Shown here piece by piece: positions 18,381 to 27,830 of a stretch of 64,000 nucleotides of DNA (position 1 is its first letter; each line of letters begins with the position of its first letter). Source of the stretch: a bacterium (GTDB lineage: Bacteria; UBA8248; JACPRG01; G963555815); assembly GCA_965218795.1 (NCBI GenBank), contig OZ244653.1, positions 3,648,001-3,712,000 of the forward strand. Reading direction: 5' to 3'. The notes below the pieces were generated by a model. That model did not search any database, had not been told where the DNA came from, and worked only from the letters and a program-made list of their open reading frames with translations. The translations under genes and the position numbers were made by a program.

Positions 18381-19337
18381 TTAAAGCTGATACGTCGTCC
18401 CAACGCTGTTCTGGATAAACTGCTCTGGAAATTCTTCCTGGAACTTCCGCACGGCCTTCCAGCCGGTGCAGTGGGTGGGGATGATCCAGCGGGGATTGAG
18501 CTTCGTCAAAGCCTCGACCGTGGGGTCGATGATCGGTTCGAATATTCCTCCGGTCAGGTGAAATCCCCCCATGACCGCCAGCACATCTCGGACGCCCGTA
18601 ATTTCTCGGGCGTGATGGACCGTGTTGACGATCCCCGAGTGACCGCATCCACTGACGACTACGAGGCCCTTGTCCCGGACGTGGATGATCAGGGATTGGT
18701 CATCCCAGATCCAGGGGTCTGGTTCCAGTGCTCCCTCCCGTTCACAGTAGTGGATCGGAAAACCTCGCTCAAAGTCGGTCTTGCGTTCGATCTGTCCGGT
18801 CAGGGCCATGGTTCCGTCACCCAGCAATTTCGGCTCTTTCCCCGTCATGATCTGCGCGCCTGCATCGATCAGGCGTTCTTTCTGAAAAGGGGGCATGATG
18901 TGATGTTTCCCATCGGGCATGATGGCGCGTCGACTGAGATACGCATCCGGGTGGAAATGAACCGGAAGGTCTTTTTTCCCCGTTCGCTCGATCATCTCCG
19001 CCAACGCGGCCCGATGATCGACGTGGCCATGACTCAAGAAAACAGCCTCCACGGAGGATAGATCGGCTTCCAGGCGCTCCACATTGTGGAGGAGCCCTTT
19101 CACGCTCACCCCTCCATCCATGAGAACCGTGCGGGATGCGCCTCCCTCATGCGTTCGGATGAGGAGCGAGAGACCGTGCTCCGCCAGGAGCGGGGTTTTC
19201 ATGGTTCCCTGATCGTCCGACATGGGAGGACGCATGACGCATTCCTGATTGGGGAGCAGGGTATCGACGTAGTTGTCAATCAGAAACTGAATTTCGGCAT
19301 GATCGACGGGTTTCAGTTCGAGCTTCGAAGGGGACAT
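18381..19337 (-). CDS. MBL-fold hydrolase (COG1237-like)
   Basis: AEHGLS, LSHGHVDH, DDQSL, SGCGHSG, GGFHL, PTHCTG. Confidence 0.9.
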   Translation of the reverse strand: MSPSKLELKPVDHAEIQFLIDNYVDTLLPNQECVMRPPMSDDQGTMKTPLLAEHGLSLLIRTHEGGASRTVLMDGGVSVKGLLHNVERLEADLSSVEAVFLSHGHVDHRAALAEMIERTGKKDLPVHFHPDAYLSRRAIMPDGKHHIMPPFQKERLIDAGAQIMTGKEPKLLGDGTMALTGQIERKTDFERGFPIHYCEREGALEPDPWIWDDQSLIIHVRDKGLVVVSGCGHSGIVNTVHHAREITGVRDVLAVMGGFHLTGGIFEPIIDPTVEALTKLNPRWIIPTHCTGWKAVRKFQEEFPEQFIQNSVGTTYQL

Positions 19338-19500
19338 GTCTTTTCCTTCGCGGATGGAGAGCGGACCGATTGAGGAGACTGCCTCTCGCTGCGAATTCAG
19401 ATACGATTTGCCTTGGGATGGGTTGGATTTCTTGTTCTATCGTACGGCGATATGAATACCCGCATCCTCGATCAGGAATCGGTTCCGAGAGGAGAATCCC

Positions 19501-19902
19501 GTGAAAGAAATGTTAAACCCTGATTCGGTGGCAAGGCCCGTTGCCCCCTATTCCAATGTCGCCCTGACCGACGCCCGGGAGACTCTGTACATCGCAGGCC
19601 AGTTTCCGGTGGACAAGGACGGCTGCCTCATCAGGCCAGGCGATATCGAGGCTCAGGCCCAGGCCTGTTTTGACGCCATCGGCCGGATTTTGGGAGAGGT
19701 TGAGATGGCCTGGACGAACGTGGTCAAATTCAATGTGTTCATGACGCGCCGGGAGGATCGGGACGGATTTACCGCCCTGCGGCAAAGAATCTTTCCCCAA
19801 ATGTTCCCGGCCGGCGACTATCCCATCAGCACGCTGATCTTCATCAACGGCCTCTATCACGAGGATTACCTCATCGAGATCGACGCGACCGCGGTCAGGT
19901 GA
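19501..19902 (+). CDS. RidA/YjgF family protein, paralog of 17931-18335
   Basis: Shares PVAPYS, NVFMTRREDR, GDYPISTL, LIEI with the first copy. Confidence 0.92.
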   Translation: MKEMLNPDSVARPVAPYSNVALTDARETLYIAGQFPVDKDGCLIRPGDIEAQAQACFDAIGRILGEVEMAWTNVVKFNVFMTRREDRDGFTALRQRIFPQMFPAGDYPISTLIFINGLYHEDYLIEIDATAVR

Positions 19903-19925
19903 TTCGTCGAGAAGAAAGACGAAGA

Positions 19926-19948
19926 CCGCCGGCTCCGGGGGCCGGCGG
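19926..19948. terminator. GC hairpin between convergent genes
   Basis: CCGCCGGCT-CCGGG-GGCCGGCGG; A-rich 5' flank gives a T-rich tail on the minus strand. Confidence 0.5.
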
Positions 19949-19979
19949 CCTCACTGGATGGCAACGCTCGTCTTCGGGG

Positions 19980-21029
19980 TCAGGGAGCCTTCGGCATCAG
20001 CTTGGGCAGGAACTCATTGGTGAAGAGATCGCCCGCCTTGACGGTGATGGACTCCTTGGACGTCTGCTTCACCACGTTGAGGGTCAGTTCCCACTTCTCC
20101 CCCGTCATGTGTCCGATTCCGAGCGTTTTCGACTCGGGCGTGAGCAGGTGCTCCACGGTCAGGGCCCAGATCGCTTCGACCGTCGGGCGCTTGGTCGTCG
20201 GCATGCCCTTCTGAAAGATGTCGAGGGCCTCCTTGGGATTCTCCACCGACCAGGCAAGTCCCCTCATGGACGCCTTCATGAACTTGTCGACCATGCCCCG
20301 CCGTTCCCGAATCGTTTTCTTCCGCGCCATGATCGCTACGGGATAGACGTCCACGCCGTATTCGCTGTAGGGGATCACAACGGGCTCCTTGCCGTGCTTC
20401 CCGACGGCCCCTTTCACGATGGGGTAAGAGATGGTGAACAGCGTGATGGCGTCGACCTTTCCGGTCGCCAGACTGGGGACCATCGCCTGCGGCGACATGG
20501 GAATATGCTTGATCTTCGAGATGTCTACGTTGTTCGCCATGGCCAGGGCCGGGAGGTTCACGAACACGGTTTCTCCCGGCGGCGCCCCCAAGGACTTCCC
20601 TTCCAGGTCCTTGGGCTTCATGATCCTGTTCCCCTTGAGGGAATAGATGGCGTACACCCCTTTCGCATGAATAACGCCGACGGCCTGAAGGTCTCCTCCC
20701 TGGCCGCGGAGCTTGATGAGGGACCGCGGGTCCGCGTGGCCCAGCTCAATGGCCCCTGCAGAGATGTCCTTGGCGACCGCCGAGCCGCCATACCCCCTGA
20801 CGAGTTTGATATTCAGGCCGGCCTTCTTGTACCAGCCTTTGTCCTGAGCGACGAGAAAGCCGGTATCGCGCGGCAGGAAAATCCAGCCGGTCGAGTACGT
20901 GGCGGATTCGGCCGAGAAAGCCGTCCCCTGCGCCCACGGGGCAAGAGTCAATATGGCTATGGCCAACAGGACGTTTCGTACCATTCGGAATCCGGTCACC
21001 GTTATCCTTCTCTTCCCATGCGGTTTCAT
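19980..21029 (-). CDS. ABC transporter substrate-binding protein, NMT1/THI5/SsuA family; start uncertain
   Basis: Signal peptide, VAQDKGWYKKAGL, PKDLEGK, LATGKVDA, DLFTNEFL; no cognate permease nearby. Confidence 0.88.
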   Translation of the reverse strand: MKPHGKRRITVTGFRMVRNVLLAIAILTLAPWAQGTAFSAESATYSTGWIFLPRDTGFLVAQDKGWYKKAGLNIKLVRGYGGSAVAKDISAGAIELGHADPRSLIKLRGQGGDLQAVGVIHAKGVYAIYSLKGNRIMKPKDLEGKSLGAPPGETVFVNLPALAMANNVDISKIKHIPMSPQAMVPSLATGKVDAITLFTISYPIVKGAVGKHGKEPVVIPYSEYGVDVYPVAIMARKKTIRERRGMVDKFMKASMRGLAWSVENPKEALDIFQKGMPTTKRPTVEAIWALTVEHLLTPESKTLGIGHMTGEKWELTLNVVKQTSKESITVKAGDLFTNEFLPKLMPKAP

Positions 21030-21170
21030 TTCGTCGAAGATTACGCATCTCCCTTCGGGGTGAAAAAATCAACAAGGCCCTGGAATGACGTTCTCGTCAT
21101 TCGGATTTTGCCGGCCGCCGGGCTGCTGCCCGGCTCGCCATCCGGGGTGGGAAGCCGTTGCCCGCCCGGA

Positions 21171-21788
21171 TCATGCCGGTCGGACCATCTCGAAAATCTC
21201 CTGGCACCGTGTGTAGTAGTTCTTCGAGAGCCGGGCGATCGGCCGGAGGTTGTGAATGTCGATGGTTCCGTCCCTGTAAAGGTCGTCCCGGACGTGGAAC
21301 ATGACCACGCGGCCGATGATGAGGTTGTGACTGCCCAAATCGACCGCCTGATGAACCTCGCACTCCAGGGATCCCGGAGATTCGGCCACGCGGGGCGGTT
21401 TTACGATTTTGCTGGGCGCCGTCGTCAGGCCGGCCTGCTCCAACTCGTCGACCTCGGGCTCATACGTGCCGGCGCAGATGTTGATCGCATCGCCGATGTC
21501 CTCTGTCACGATGTTCACGACGAACTCACCCGTCTCCTCCACGTTCCGCAGCGTGTCCTTCTTGACCTTTCCGCCCGAGTATCCTGGTTTCTCCGCCCCC
21601 TGGTATGTGGGTGAGAACATGACCAACGGCGGATCATTGCCGATGGCGTTGAAGTAGGCGAAGGGGGCCGCGTTCAAAGCACCGTCCACGCTGAGCGTCG
21701 TCACGAATGCGATCGGACGGGGAACCACCAGCCCGCTCAGCAACTGGTAATTCTGCCGTCCCGTATGTCCAATGGGGTCGATTTCCAC
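21171..21788 (-). CDS. Flavin reductase family protein
   Basis: VVPRPIAFVTT, NAAPFAYF, KDTLRNVEETGEFVVN, PPRVAESP..LEC. Confidence 0.92.
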   Translation of the reverse strand: MEIDPIGHTGRQNYQLLSGLVVPRPIAFVTTLSVDGALNAAPFAYFNAIGNDPPLVMFSPTYQGAEKPGYSGGKVKKDTLRNVEETGEFVVNIVTEDIGDAINICAGTYEPEVDELEQAGLTTAPSKIVKPPRVAESPGSLECEVHQAVDLGSHNLIIGRVVMFHVRDDLYRDGTIDIHNLRPIARLSKNYYTRCQEIFEMVRPA

Positions 21789-22130
21789 GTTGAATCCTCG
21801 TTCTCAGAAAGGACTCCGCGCCATCTTCAAGACCTCGGAGCCGTACGGTTGGGGTTTCGGAAAAACCCTCTTGGCCTTGATCGACGCACATTCATCCATT
21901 GCGCGTCCCGGATGGTGAATGCGAACGGTCCAATGGTTTATTGCAATCGAGGCTAGCAAAGGGGGTCGAATCGTGTCAACGAAAACCGTCAATCCGCGGG
22001 ATGGTTCCCGGGAGCAGGTCCGGTTCGAAAATCGCAGGCGTTCGGACCGAGTTTCGGTTGACACCACCGATGGTCTTGCTCACACTGAACAAAGGAAGAA
22101 TTCACTTCATCACTCACGATCGAGAGAACG

Positions 22131-22388
22131 ATGGAATTGGACCCCCGGGTTCCCGGTAAAGAAAGCAAGGCAGCGGCCGAGAAACTGAGTCGAATTCTGA
22201 ACGATGATGTTCCTGGTGTGGCGACGGACATTCGATACCACTTCGCGAAGTCCGGCTTTCAATTGACGGCGCGTCCGTCAAGCGAGAGAGCGGATTCGCT
22301 GTTCCTGTCGTTTGCTCAAATCCAAGAGCTCAACGACAACGAGATCGGAAACCTGATCCGCTCGGCCTTCCAGGGCGGAGACGTCTAA
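22131..22388 (+). CDS. Hypothetical protein (85 aa)
   Basis: ATG with GAGAG upstream, protein-like composition. Confidence 0.5.
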   Translation: MELDPRVPGKESKAAAEKLSRILNDDVPGVATDIRYHFAKSGFQLTARPSSERADSLFLSFAQIQELNDNEIGNLIRSAFQGGDV

Positions 22389-22518
22389 AGGTCGCTGCGG
22401 TCCCCTTCCGGCATCTATTGGGAAAATTTTCACCCCAGCGCAGCCTAGATGCCAGTGGAAGAGGTGCATAGGTGTATTTGTATTGAGTACGGTAATCACC
22501 TGACAGTCTGACCGTCGT

Positions 22519-22662
22519 CGCGCGACCTTCGCCTTAAAGGCCGATGAATGGTGACGGCGCTTTCTTCGGGTCATCTTCCCCTCCTTCTCCTCGGAGAACT
22601 GTACGGCAGAAGATACCACTTATCAGGCCCCCTTCTCTGTCCAACTACTAAGGTCCAGCTCT
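22519..22662 (-). mobile_element. IS3-family left end plus orfA stub
   Basis: AGAGCTGGACCTTAGTAGTTGGACAG terminal-repeat-like sequence; AAGGAGG + ATG 22574 gives MTRRKRRHHSSAFKAKVA then breaks off. Confidence 0.75.
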
Positions 22663-22684
22663 GCCCACCTCACAATTCCTTTTT

Positions 22685-23315
22685 TTAGACATCCGAACCG
22701 GCTACCTGTTCTTTTGTTAATTCTCCATATTTTTTGGAGAAAGACGATGTTATAAAGTTTTCGTCATAGTTCCAAATGCTACCATCCGCTAATCGTGCCT
22801 GCCGAACATATATTCCGATCACTCCATATTTCTTGAACTTAAATAGATAGGCTGGACTGTAATCCCATTGCATGCCGTTGGTTGGTGGATCCATAGTGAT
22901 CGCCGTAAGGCCACCGAGATACTCTTTGAATGCGTCATAGACGATCGCCGTACACCTTTGAAATTTACACCAAAATTTACTGCAACTACGTTCTTGCCAC
23001 TTGCATCTATAGTGATCGTTAGCGTCTCCCTCGCTAACCGTTTAAGTCTGTCTTTTTCACGGTCTCCAAGATATCGAAACAGACTGTTTCGGTATGCATC
23101 AGCGAGTGCAGCAGTTTCCCTTGGAATGTGGCGTCCTGTTACATTTACAATACGAACGGGTGCATCCTTTTCGTTAATGTAAAATGCCTCGTTATGGTAA
23201 ACGGTGCCCTTTATATCCTTGTAGATAGTAACATCCTCGATCTTCGCTTCTGCGCCTGTGCGACAGAAGAAATCAAGACTGCCAGCGTAGCAGAAACGAA
23301 ACCAAACACGCTCAT
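22685..23315 (-). pseudogene. Frameshifted secreted hypothetical protein (AT-rich)
   Basis: Signal peptide MSVFGFVSATLAVLISSVAQA, then protein-like frames AKIEDVTIYKDIKG... and AIVYDAFKEYLGG...DGSIWNYDENF joined by two frameshifts. Confidence 0.5.
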
Positions 23316-23325
23316 AGCGCCAATC

Positions 23326-23664
23326 CTATTTCGTGAAATTTTCGTTGGCCGTCCAAACAACGACAGGCGCGCCTCCATCTGGTGGATGTACGTAAATCTG
23401 TGACTTTCCCCACATACTATAATCTTTAAGTGTGACCCTAAGTCCGCTCCTCAGGCGAATACATACTCCGCTCTTGTAGAGGCTGATCATCCATGATGCG
23501 TCCCTCGTCTTATGAGCATGAATCGCAGCATCCATATATTCGTCATAAGCCTTCTCGGTGAAACAAGCAGCCCCACCGGCCCTATTGGTTGTGTAGTAGT
23601 CTTGCGCCGTAGCACTGCAGAGCATATTTAGTGAGACGAGGGCACAGGCTACGATGATGCGCAT
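23326..23664 (-). CDS. Secreted hypothetical protein (112 aa)
   Basis: Signal peptide MRIIVACALVSLNMLCSATA; G-rich SD-like upstream; AT-rich island. Confidence 0.65.
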   Translation of the reverse strand: MRIIVACALVSLNMLCSATAQDYYTTNRAGGAACFTEKAYDEYMDAAIHAHKTRDASWMISLYKSGVCIRLRSGLRVTLKDYSMWGKSQIYVHPPDGGAPVVVWTANENFTK

Positions 23665-23679
23665 GAAGAACCTACCCCC

Positions 23680-23865
23680 CCGTCTTTTCTTCTCGATGTA
23701 CTAGCACGTTCCCAAGAGTGTCGAGCGCACCTTCAACCCGTGCCATTCGCTCTCGCAGCGAAGCGACGTCTCTGCGCAACTCACGAAGACCGGGCGCGAT
23801 TGCCGTCCAAAGCCAATGCCCGTGCCGACAATGATACAGATAATAGCTATAGTATCTGCGTCCAT
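23680..23865 (-). pseudogene. Frameshifted small TM plus coiled-coil protein
   Basis: AAAGGAG + MDADTIAIICIIVGTGIG, then a shifted frame AIAPGLRELRRDVASLRERMARVEGALDTL. Confidence 0.45.
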
Positions 23866-23959
23866 CGAACTCTCTCCTTTAGGTGGACTAAATAATAGAC
23901 TAGGGGACGCCCTGTCGTCAACCTGCCCTCACGCTTGCTACGATGGCTGCAAACCCCAT

Positions 23960-24059
23960 CCTGATTATGCACGAAGCTCAGGTTGGGGGCACGGGATTCC
24001 CGGGATCGCCGCCTTCCAGGAAACCGGCGGCCACAACCTGAGCTTCGTGCGTAATCAGG
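23960..24059. mobile_element. 100-bp MITE with 26-bp terminal inverted repeats
   Basis: CCTGATTATGCACGAAGCTCAGGTTG ... CAACCTGAGCTTCGTGCGTAATCAGG (1 mismatch); flanks AACCCCAT / AACCCCAA. Confidence 0.8.
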
Positions 24060-24207
24060 AACCCCAATTTCGTCAATCGAGACTGGACAATCTAAGCTGG
24101 ATGGCTATCGCGACCCGCTCAGCTGCCTTTTCGCTCTATGATCACAACCGAAAACCCTCAACCCACTTGGCCCTAAACCAGGGGGAAGGTCACGCAGAAA
24201 CGTTATG

Positions 24208-25122
24208 TTACCCGCAATCTGTCATCTCTAAGATTTCATCCAGAGAATATCCACAATCCAATAGTTCGTTTGCCATCTTTCCCTTTTTTATGTCACCTAA
24301 AGATACTCTCTCTAGGGAAAAATCCAAGTCATACATCGGCACTTGCCAAAATCGCAACAGTGTCTGTACATGACGGTCTGTTGCATTGTCTCTCACTAGA
24401 CCTTCCTCAAACAATTTTCTTACATTCTCTCGCAAAAGAACGTCCCATCGGGGATACTCTTGTGCGTTAGACTGGCTAATCTTTGTAAAGAAATATTTCC
24501 CCCAAATATTTGATGTGATCGACACCCCTCTGGGCGTGAAAAAGCCAAGACAACACATAGCATCTACAACTTCAAGAGCGGGCATAAAGCTTTCTAGAGA
24601 ATCGATATTCAACGGCGCATGCCAGTAGGCTATTCCATCATCGGTAGATGCAACGTCTGCGTACAGGTTAGCTTCTCGCTCCCATAGCTCCCACTGTGGG
24701 ACAATGGGAGCTCCCGGACCGTCAATCCGAAGTGATTTTCGCATAAAGTCAGCATATTCCCTCTGCAATTCAACGACATCATACCCGGTCACCGAAGCCG
24801 CTTCCGCATAGATCAAACGCACATGGTGGTTGTAGAACCACTTGCACATCTTCGGAAGACATTCATTGAGAAGGGAATCAGGACAACGCACAACGTCCAT
24901 AAGGATAAGTATTTTTGCTGCCTCTTCCTTAGAAAATCCGTTCAAAACACATGCCTCGCGTGGACTGTCTCTTATCTGGAGCGCTGCGTTTCTATAGTTT
25001 CTTGCGCTGGACAGGATGATTGGAAATCCCTCAGCAAGGAAGGATAACTGCTTCTTTCGGGACATTTGGCACAATGATTTCAATTTTCTGAATCCTGTTG
25101 AAGTCATTGAACTCTCTTTCAC
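24208..25122 (-). CDS. Putative AbiV-family (HEPN-like) abortive infection protein
   Basis: LAEGFPIILSSA...SKEEAAKILILMDVVRCP...WFYNHHVRLIYAEA...REANLYAD resembles from recall proteins annotated as AbiV family; AT-rich. Confidence 0.6.
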   Translation of the reverse strand: MKESSMTSTGFRKLKSLCQMSRKKQLSFLAEGFPIILSSARNYRNAALQIRDSPREACVLNGFSKEEAAKILILMDVVRCPDSLLNECLPKMCKWFYNHHVRLIYAEAASVTGYDVVELQREYADFMRKSLRIDGPGAPIVPQWELWEREANLYADVASTDDGIAYWHAPLNIDSLESFMPALEVVDAMCCLGFFTPRGVSITSNIWGKYFFTKISQSNAQEYPRWDVLLRENVRKLFEEGLVRDNATDRHVQTLLRFWQVPMYDLDFSLERVSLGDIKKGKMANELLDCGYSLDEILEMTDCG

Positions 25123-25335
25123 TTATCCTGGTGCCTTCGGGTCGCTTTCATTCTAACCCCCAGAGGGCCGCGTAAATTCTCATAGAGCGTGAACAGGTAC
25201 TCGATACGTTCTCGCTCGCTGACGAATTCAGCACGTCGATAAAGGCGGTCCACGGCGCGGTCGAGAGCTTGGTGCGCACGGCGCAGGTTCGGCGGCATGA
25301 GGTCGAGGTCGTAGAGGCCGGCCAGCGTCGCATCC
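25119..25335 (-). pseudogene. C-terminal fragment of MmeI-like (type IIL) restriction-modification enzyme
   Basis: DATLAGLYDLDLMPPNLRRAHQALDRAVDRLY...ERERIEYLFTLYENL. Confidence 0.8.
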
Positions 25336-25465
25336 GGGCGTACGGCCCGAGCGAACCAGCTCAACCATCTGGCGCCGGTATTCCGGCGCGTAGGGTGAAT
25401 GAGTTTTCGCCATCTGAACACCTCCTGCGCACAGTCTGAAGGTGTCCACTAAAACGGTCAACTCG
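25334..25465 (-). mobile_element. IS3-family left end plus orfA stub
   Basis: GAGTTGACCGTTTTAGTGGACACC repeat; AGGAGG + ATG 25413 gives MAKTHSPYAPEYRRQMVELVRSGRTP, joined to the MmeI fragment. Confidence 0.8.
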
Positions 25466-25637
25466 ACACGCAACGGGGCGGGAGACGTTTCCCCACATGC
25501 GCGGCGGACGCTGCCGCTCAAGCGCCGCTCGGGCTAACGGCCGGATACACAACGGCTTGTATCGCCCGAGGGCTTGAGCGGAACGGAAGCACGATGCAGA
25601 CGCCAGTCGGCGTTTCACTCTCACCCCACGCAGCCCG

Positions 25638-26927
25638 CTAGCGATTTGGTCCGGAACCGCCGCCGGAGGCCAGAGGGAAGGATCGGGATTTTGTGAACCA
25701 AAACCGTTTTTGGAAGATCCCAAGGGGGAGCGCCAAATCCGTCTGGGTGGGACCGACGATTGAACCCTGCTGTATCTGATCCAATAGTTTCTGAACGTTT
25801 GGAAGGATGTCCCTTCGGTACCGGAAGGCCTCTTTGGCGAAGAGCACATAGGTTGAAACCCATTGCGATGTCGTAGATAGCCTTCCCGGTATCCCATATC
25901 GCCGGCCTTCCTCAATTCGCTTGCTGAGATCAGCGCCGCGTGCAGGGAACAGAACCTGGGCCTGGCCTTCGCTGTTGATGCGCAAGAGCAGGACGTATAT
26001 CGACTGCGTGGGGAGAAAGCTGATCAGATAGGATGCGGAGGCGTTGACGCTTGCCCCGTCCAGACCCTTGCGGCGGTGTCCATCGGCCTCTATCACCTCG
26101 TACCAGACGCTCAACGGGCTCCAGGTCCAATCCCTCGGCACAACGGGGAGGATATTTCGCTTCCGGGACGGGATGCGGCCGCTCACCTCTGTGTGCTGGA
26201 GAGAACCCAGAGGCAGCGTCACCCGGGCCCTGGCAACGGACAAGGTTCCCGTTGCCAGGGCCGGCGCCATCCGGAGGAGCTGGGCGCTGATGACCACGCG
26301 GTTTCCGAGGACTTGATAGCGGCCTCCTACAAGGGTATCCACTCCGCCGAGGGCGGCAGCGCGAATGCTGAAGTCGGGGCTGAGGGGTCTCATCCCAATC
26401 CGGTCTGGAACCCCCCTCATCGCCAAATCCTCTTCCCAAGCAACCATGAGATTTCTCGGGAATACCGGGCGGCCGCTGATTTTTCCGAGACTTTTCACCA
26501 GCCCGTTCTCCAATCGCTGAGAGAGCAAAGTTCTGTAGCCACTGGTGTCCAGCACACTGCCGACGGCGATTCGGCTCACCGGGACGATCAGGCTTCGGTA
26601 CCGCCCCAGTTTGAATTTTCCCCCTTCACTCCATAGGGTCTGCACAAGCTTGGCTGCCGCCGTTTCCGCGTCCTTCGCTATTCCGGGAATTTCAATCCAT
26701 TTTTCCTCATCCGGCGTTGGCTTGATGGCACAGGCGCATATGGTGAGACACAACGTCATCCAGCAGGAGGCCCTTCGTAATCTTCGGCTTCCGGTTGTCA
26801 AGGACCTCTCGGGCCGGAAAAATCGGCGGAACGAAGAAATGGAAAGTCGTTTTCTACCTTGTTTCAGCATTTTTCCCGTCCGGAACTCTTGGCGAAAATC
26901 CGCCGACTCCGCATGGGCGCTCGACAA
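25638..26927 (-). CDS. Putative lipoprotein, FlgO/CsgG-like domain plus DUF4384-like domain; start uncertain
   Basis: Lipobox-like TICAC; GVDTLVGGRYQVLGNRVVISAQLL; YVLLLRINSEGQAQVLFP. Confidence 0.6.
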   Translation of the reverse strand: MSSAHAESADFRQEFRTGKMLKQGRKRLSISSFRRFFRPERSLTTGSRRLRRASCWMTLCLTICACAIKPTPDEEKWIEIPGIAKDAETAAAKLVQTLWSEGGKFKLGRYRSLIVPVSRIAVGSVLDTSGYRTLLSQRLENGLVKSLGKISGRPVFPRNLMVAWEEDLAMRGVPDRIGMRPLSPDFSIRAAALGGVDTLVGGRYQVLGNRVVISAQLLRMAPALATGTLSVARARVTLPLGSLQHTEVSGRIPSRKRNILPVVPRDWTWSPLSVWYEVIEADGHRRKGLDGASVNASASYLISFLPTQSIYVLLLRINSEGQAQVLFPARGADLSKRIEEGRRYGIPGRLSTTSQWVSTYVLFAKEAFRYRRDILPNVQKLLDQIQQGSIVGPTQTDLALPLGIFQKRFWFTKSRSFPLASGGGSGPNR

Positions 26928-27139
26928 GGCCTTCTGCGCTCATCCCTTGCCGGGCGATGGTCGACGGGCTGGCGATTGAGTATTTTCGTTGCCATCTTGA
27001 ATATCCGTTGATTTTCAATGGGCGCAGGCCTCTTCATTGAACTTGACTGAACGGGACAAATTCATTAAAGTCCAATCTGGTTCCGTTGAGAAATCCTCAC
27101 TCCATTCTTGTGTTTTAATCAGACGGAACGCCATAGAGG

Positions 27140-27769
27140 ATGATCCAAGCCATCAACACGGATGCCGTCGTAAAGATATATTCCAGATATTCTTCCTTTT
27201 ACGACCTTTTGTTCAAGAACATTTTCTCCGAAGGCCGGGAAGTCGCCATCAAGCTTCTCGACATTCGTCCAGGAGAACGGGTCTTGGATGTGGGCGCGGG
27301 GACCGGTCTCTCTCTGCCTATTTTCCCCAACTGGTGCCAGGTTGTCGCGATGGACATCTCCGAGAAAATGTTGGCCCAGGCCGCCAAAAAAGTGGAAAAG
27401 TTCGGGCTCGAGAATGTCTCGTTGATGACCCAAGACGCCTGTCACACCAGCTTTCAGGATGACGCCTTCGATTGCGTATCCGCGGCGTATGTCGCCAGTG
27501 TCGTTCCTGACGCCAATGGATTGGTTGGGGAGATGAAGCGGGTCTGCCGGCCGGGGGGCCGCATCGTCTTCCTCAACCATTTCAAGAGCCAAAATCCAAT
27601 ATTGGCCCGGTTGGAAGAACTTTCCAACGGACTGTGGAACAAGATGGGCTGGAACTCCAACCTCGATCTCTGGAAATTGATCGAGGAGAACGACCTGAGG
27701 GTCGAACGCGTAGAGCACGTCAACATCTTTGGCTATTGGAAAGGTGTGCTCTGCATCAATGACAAATAA
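27140..27769 (+). CDS. Class I SAM methyltransferase, PmtA-like phospholipid N-methyltransferase
   Basis: YSRYSSFYDLLF, VLDVGAGTGLSL, YVASVVPD, RVCRPGGRIVFLNHF. Confidence 0.85.
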   Translation: MIQAINTDAVVKIYSRYSSFYDLLFKNIFSEGREVAIKLLDIRPGERVLDVGAGTGLSLPIFPNWCQVVAMDISEKMLAQAAKKVEKFGLENVSLMTQDACHTSFQDDAFDCVSAAYVASVVPDANGLVGEMKRVCRPGGRIVFLNHFKSQNPILARLEELSNGLWNKMGWNSNLDLWKLIEENDLRVERVEHVNIFGYWKGVLCINDK

Positions 27770-27830
27770 TCCCCTTCCTGTATTTCCCGAGTCCTTTCCG
27801 GGTTGCCCTGCTGCCGACTGAATCCGGGCC

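Noticed and set aside
21030-21170. TPP riboswitch upstream of the NMT1/THI5-like binding protein
   Set aside because: No CTGAGA or related TPP aptamer motifs on the minus strand
22430-25620. Integron cassette array
   Set aside because: No integrase and no repeated attC-like sites between the ORFs; IS3 stubs explain the boundaries better
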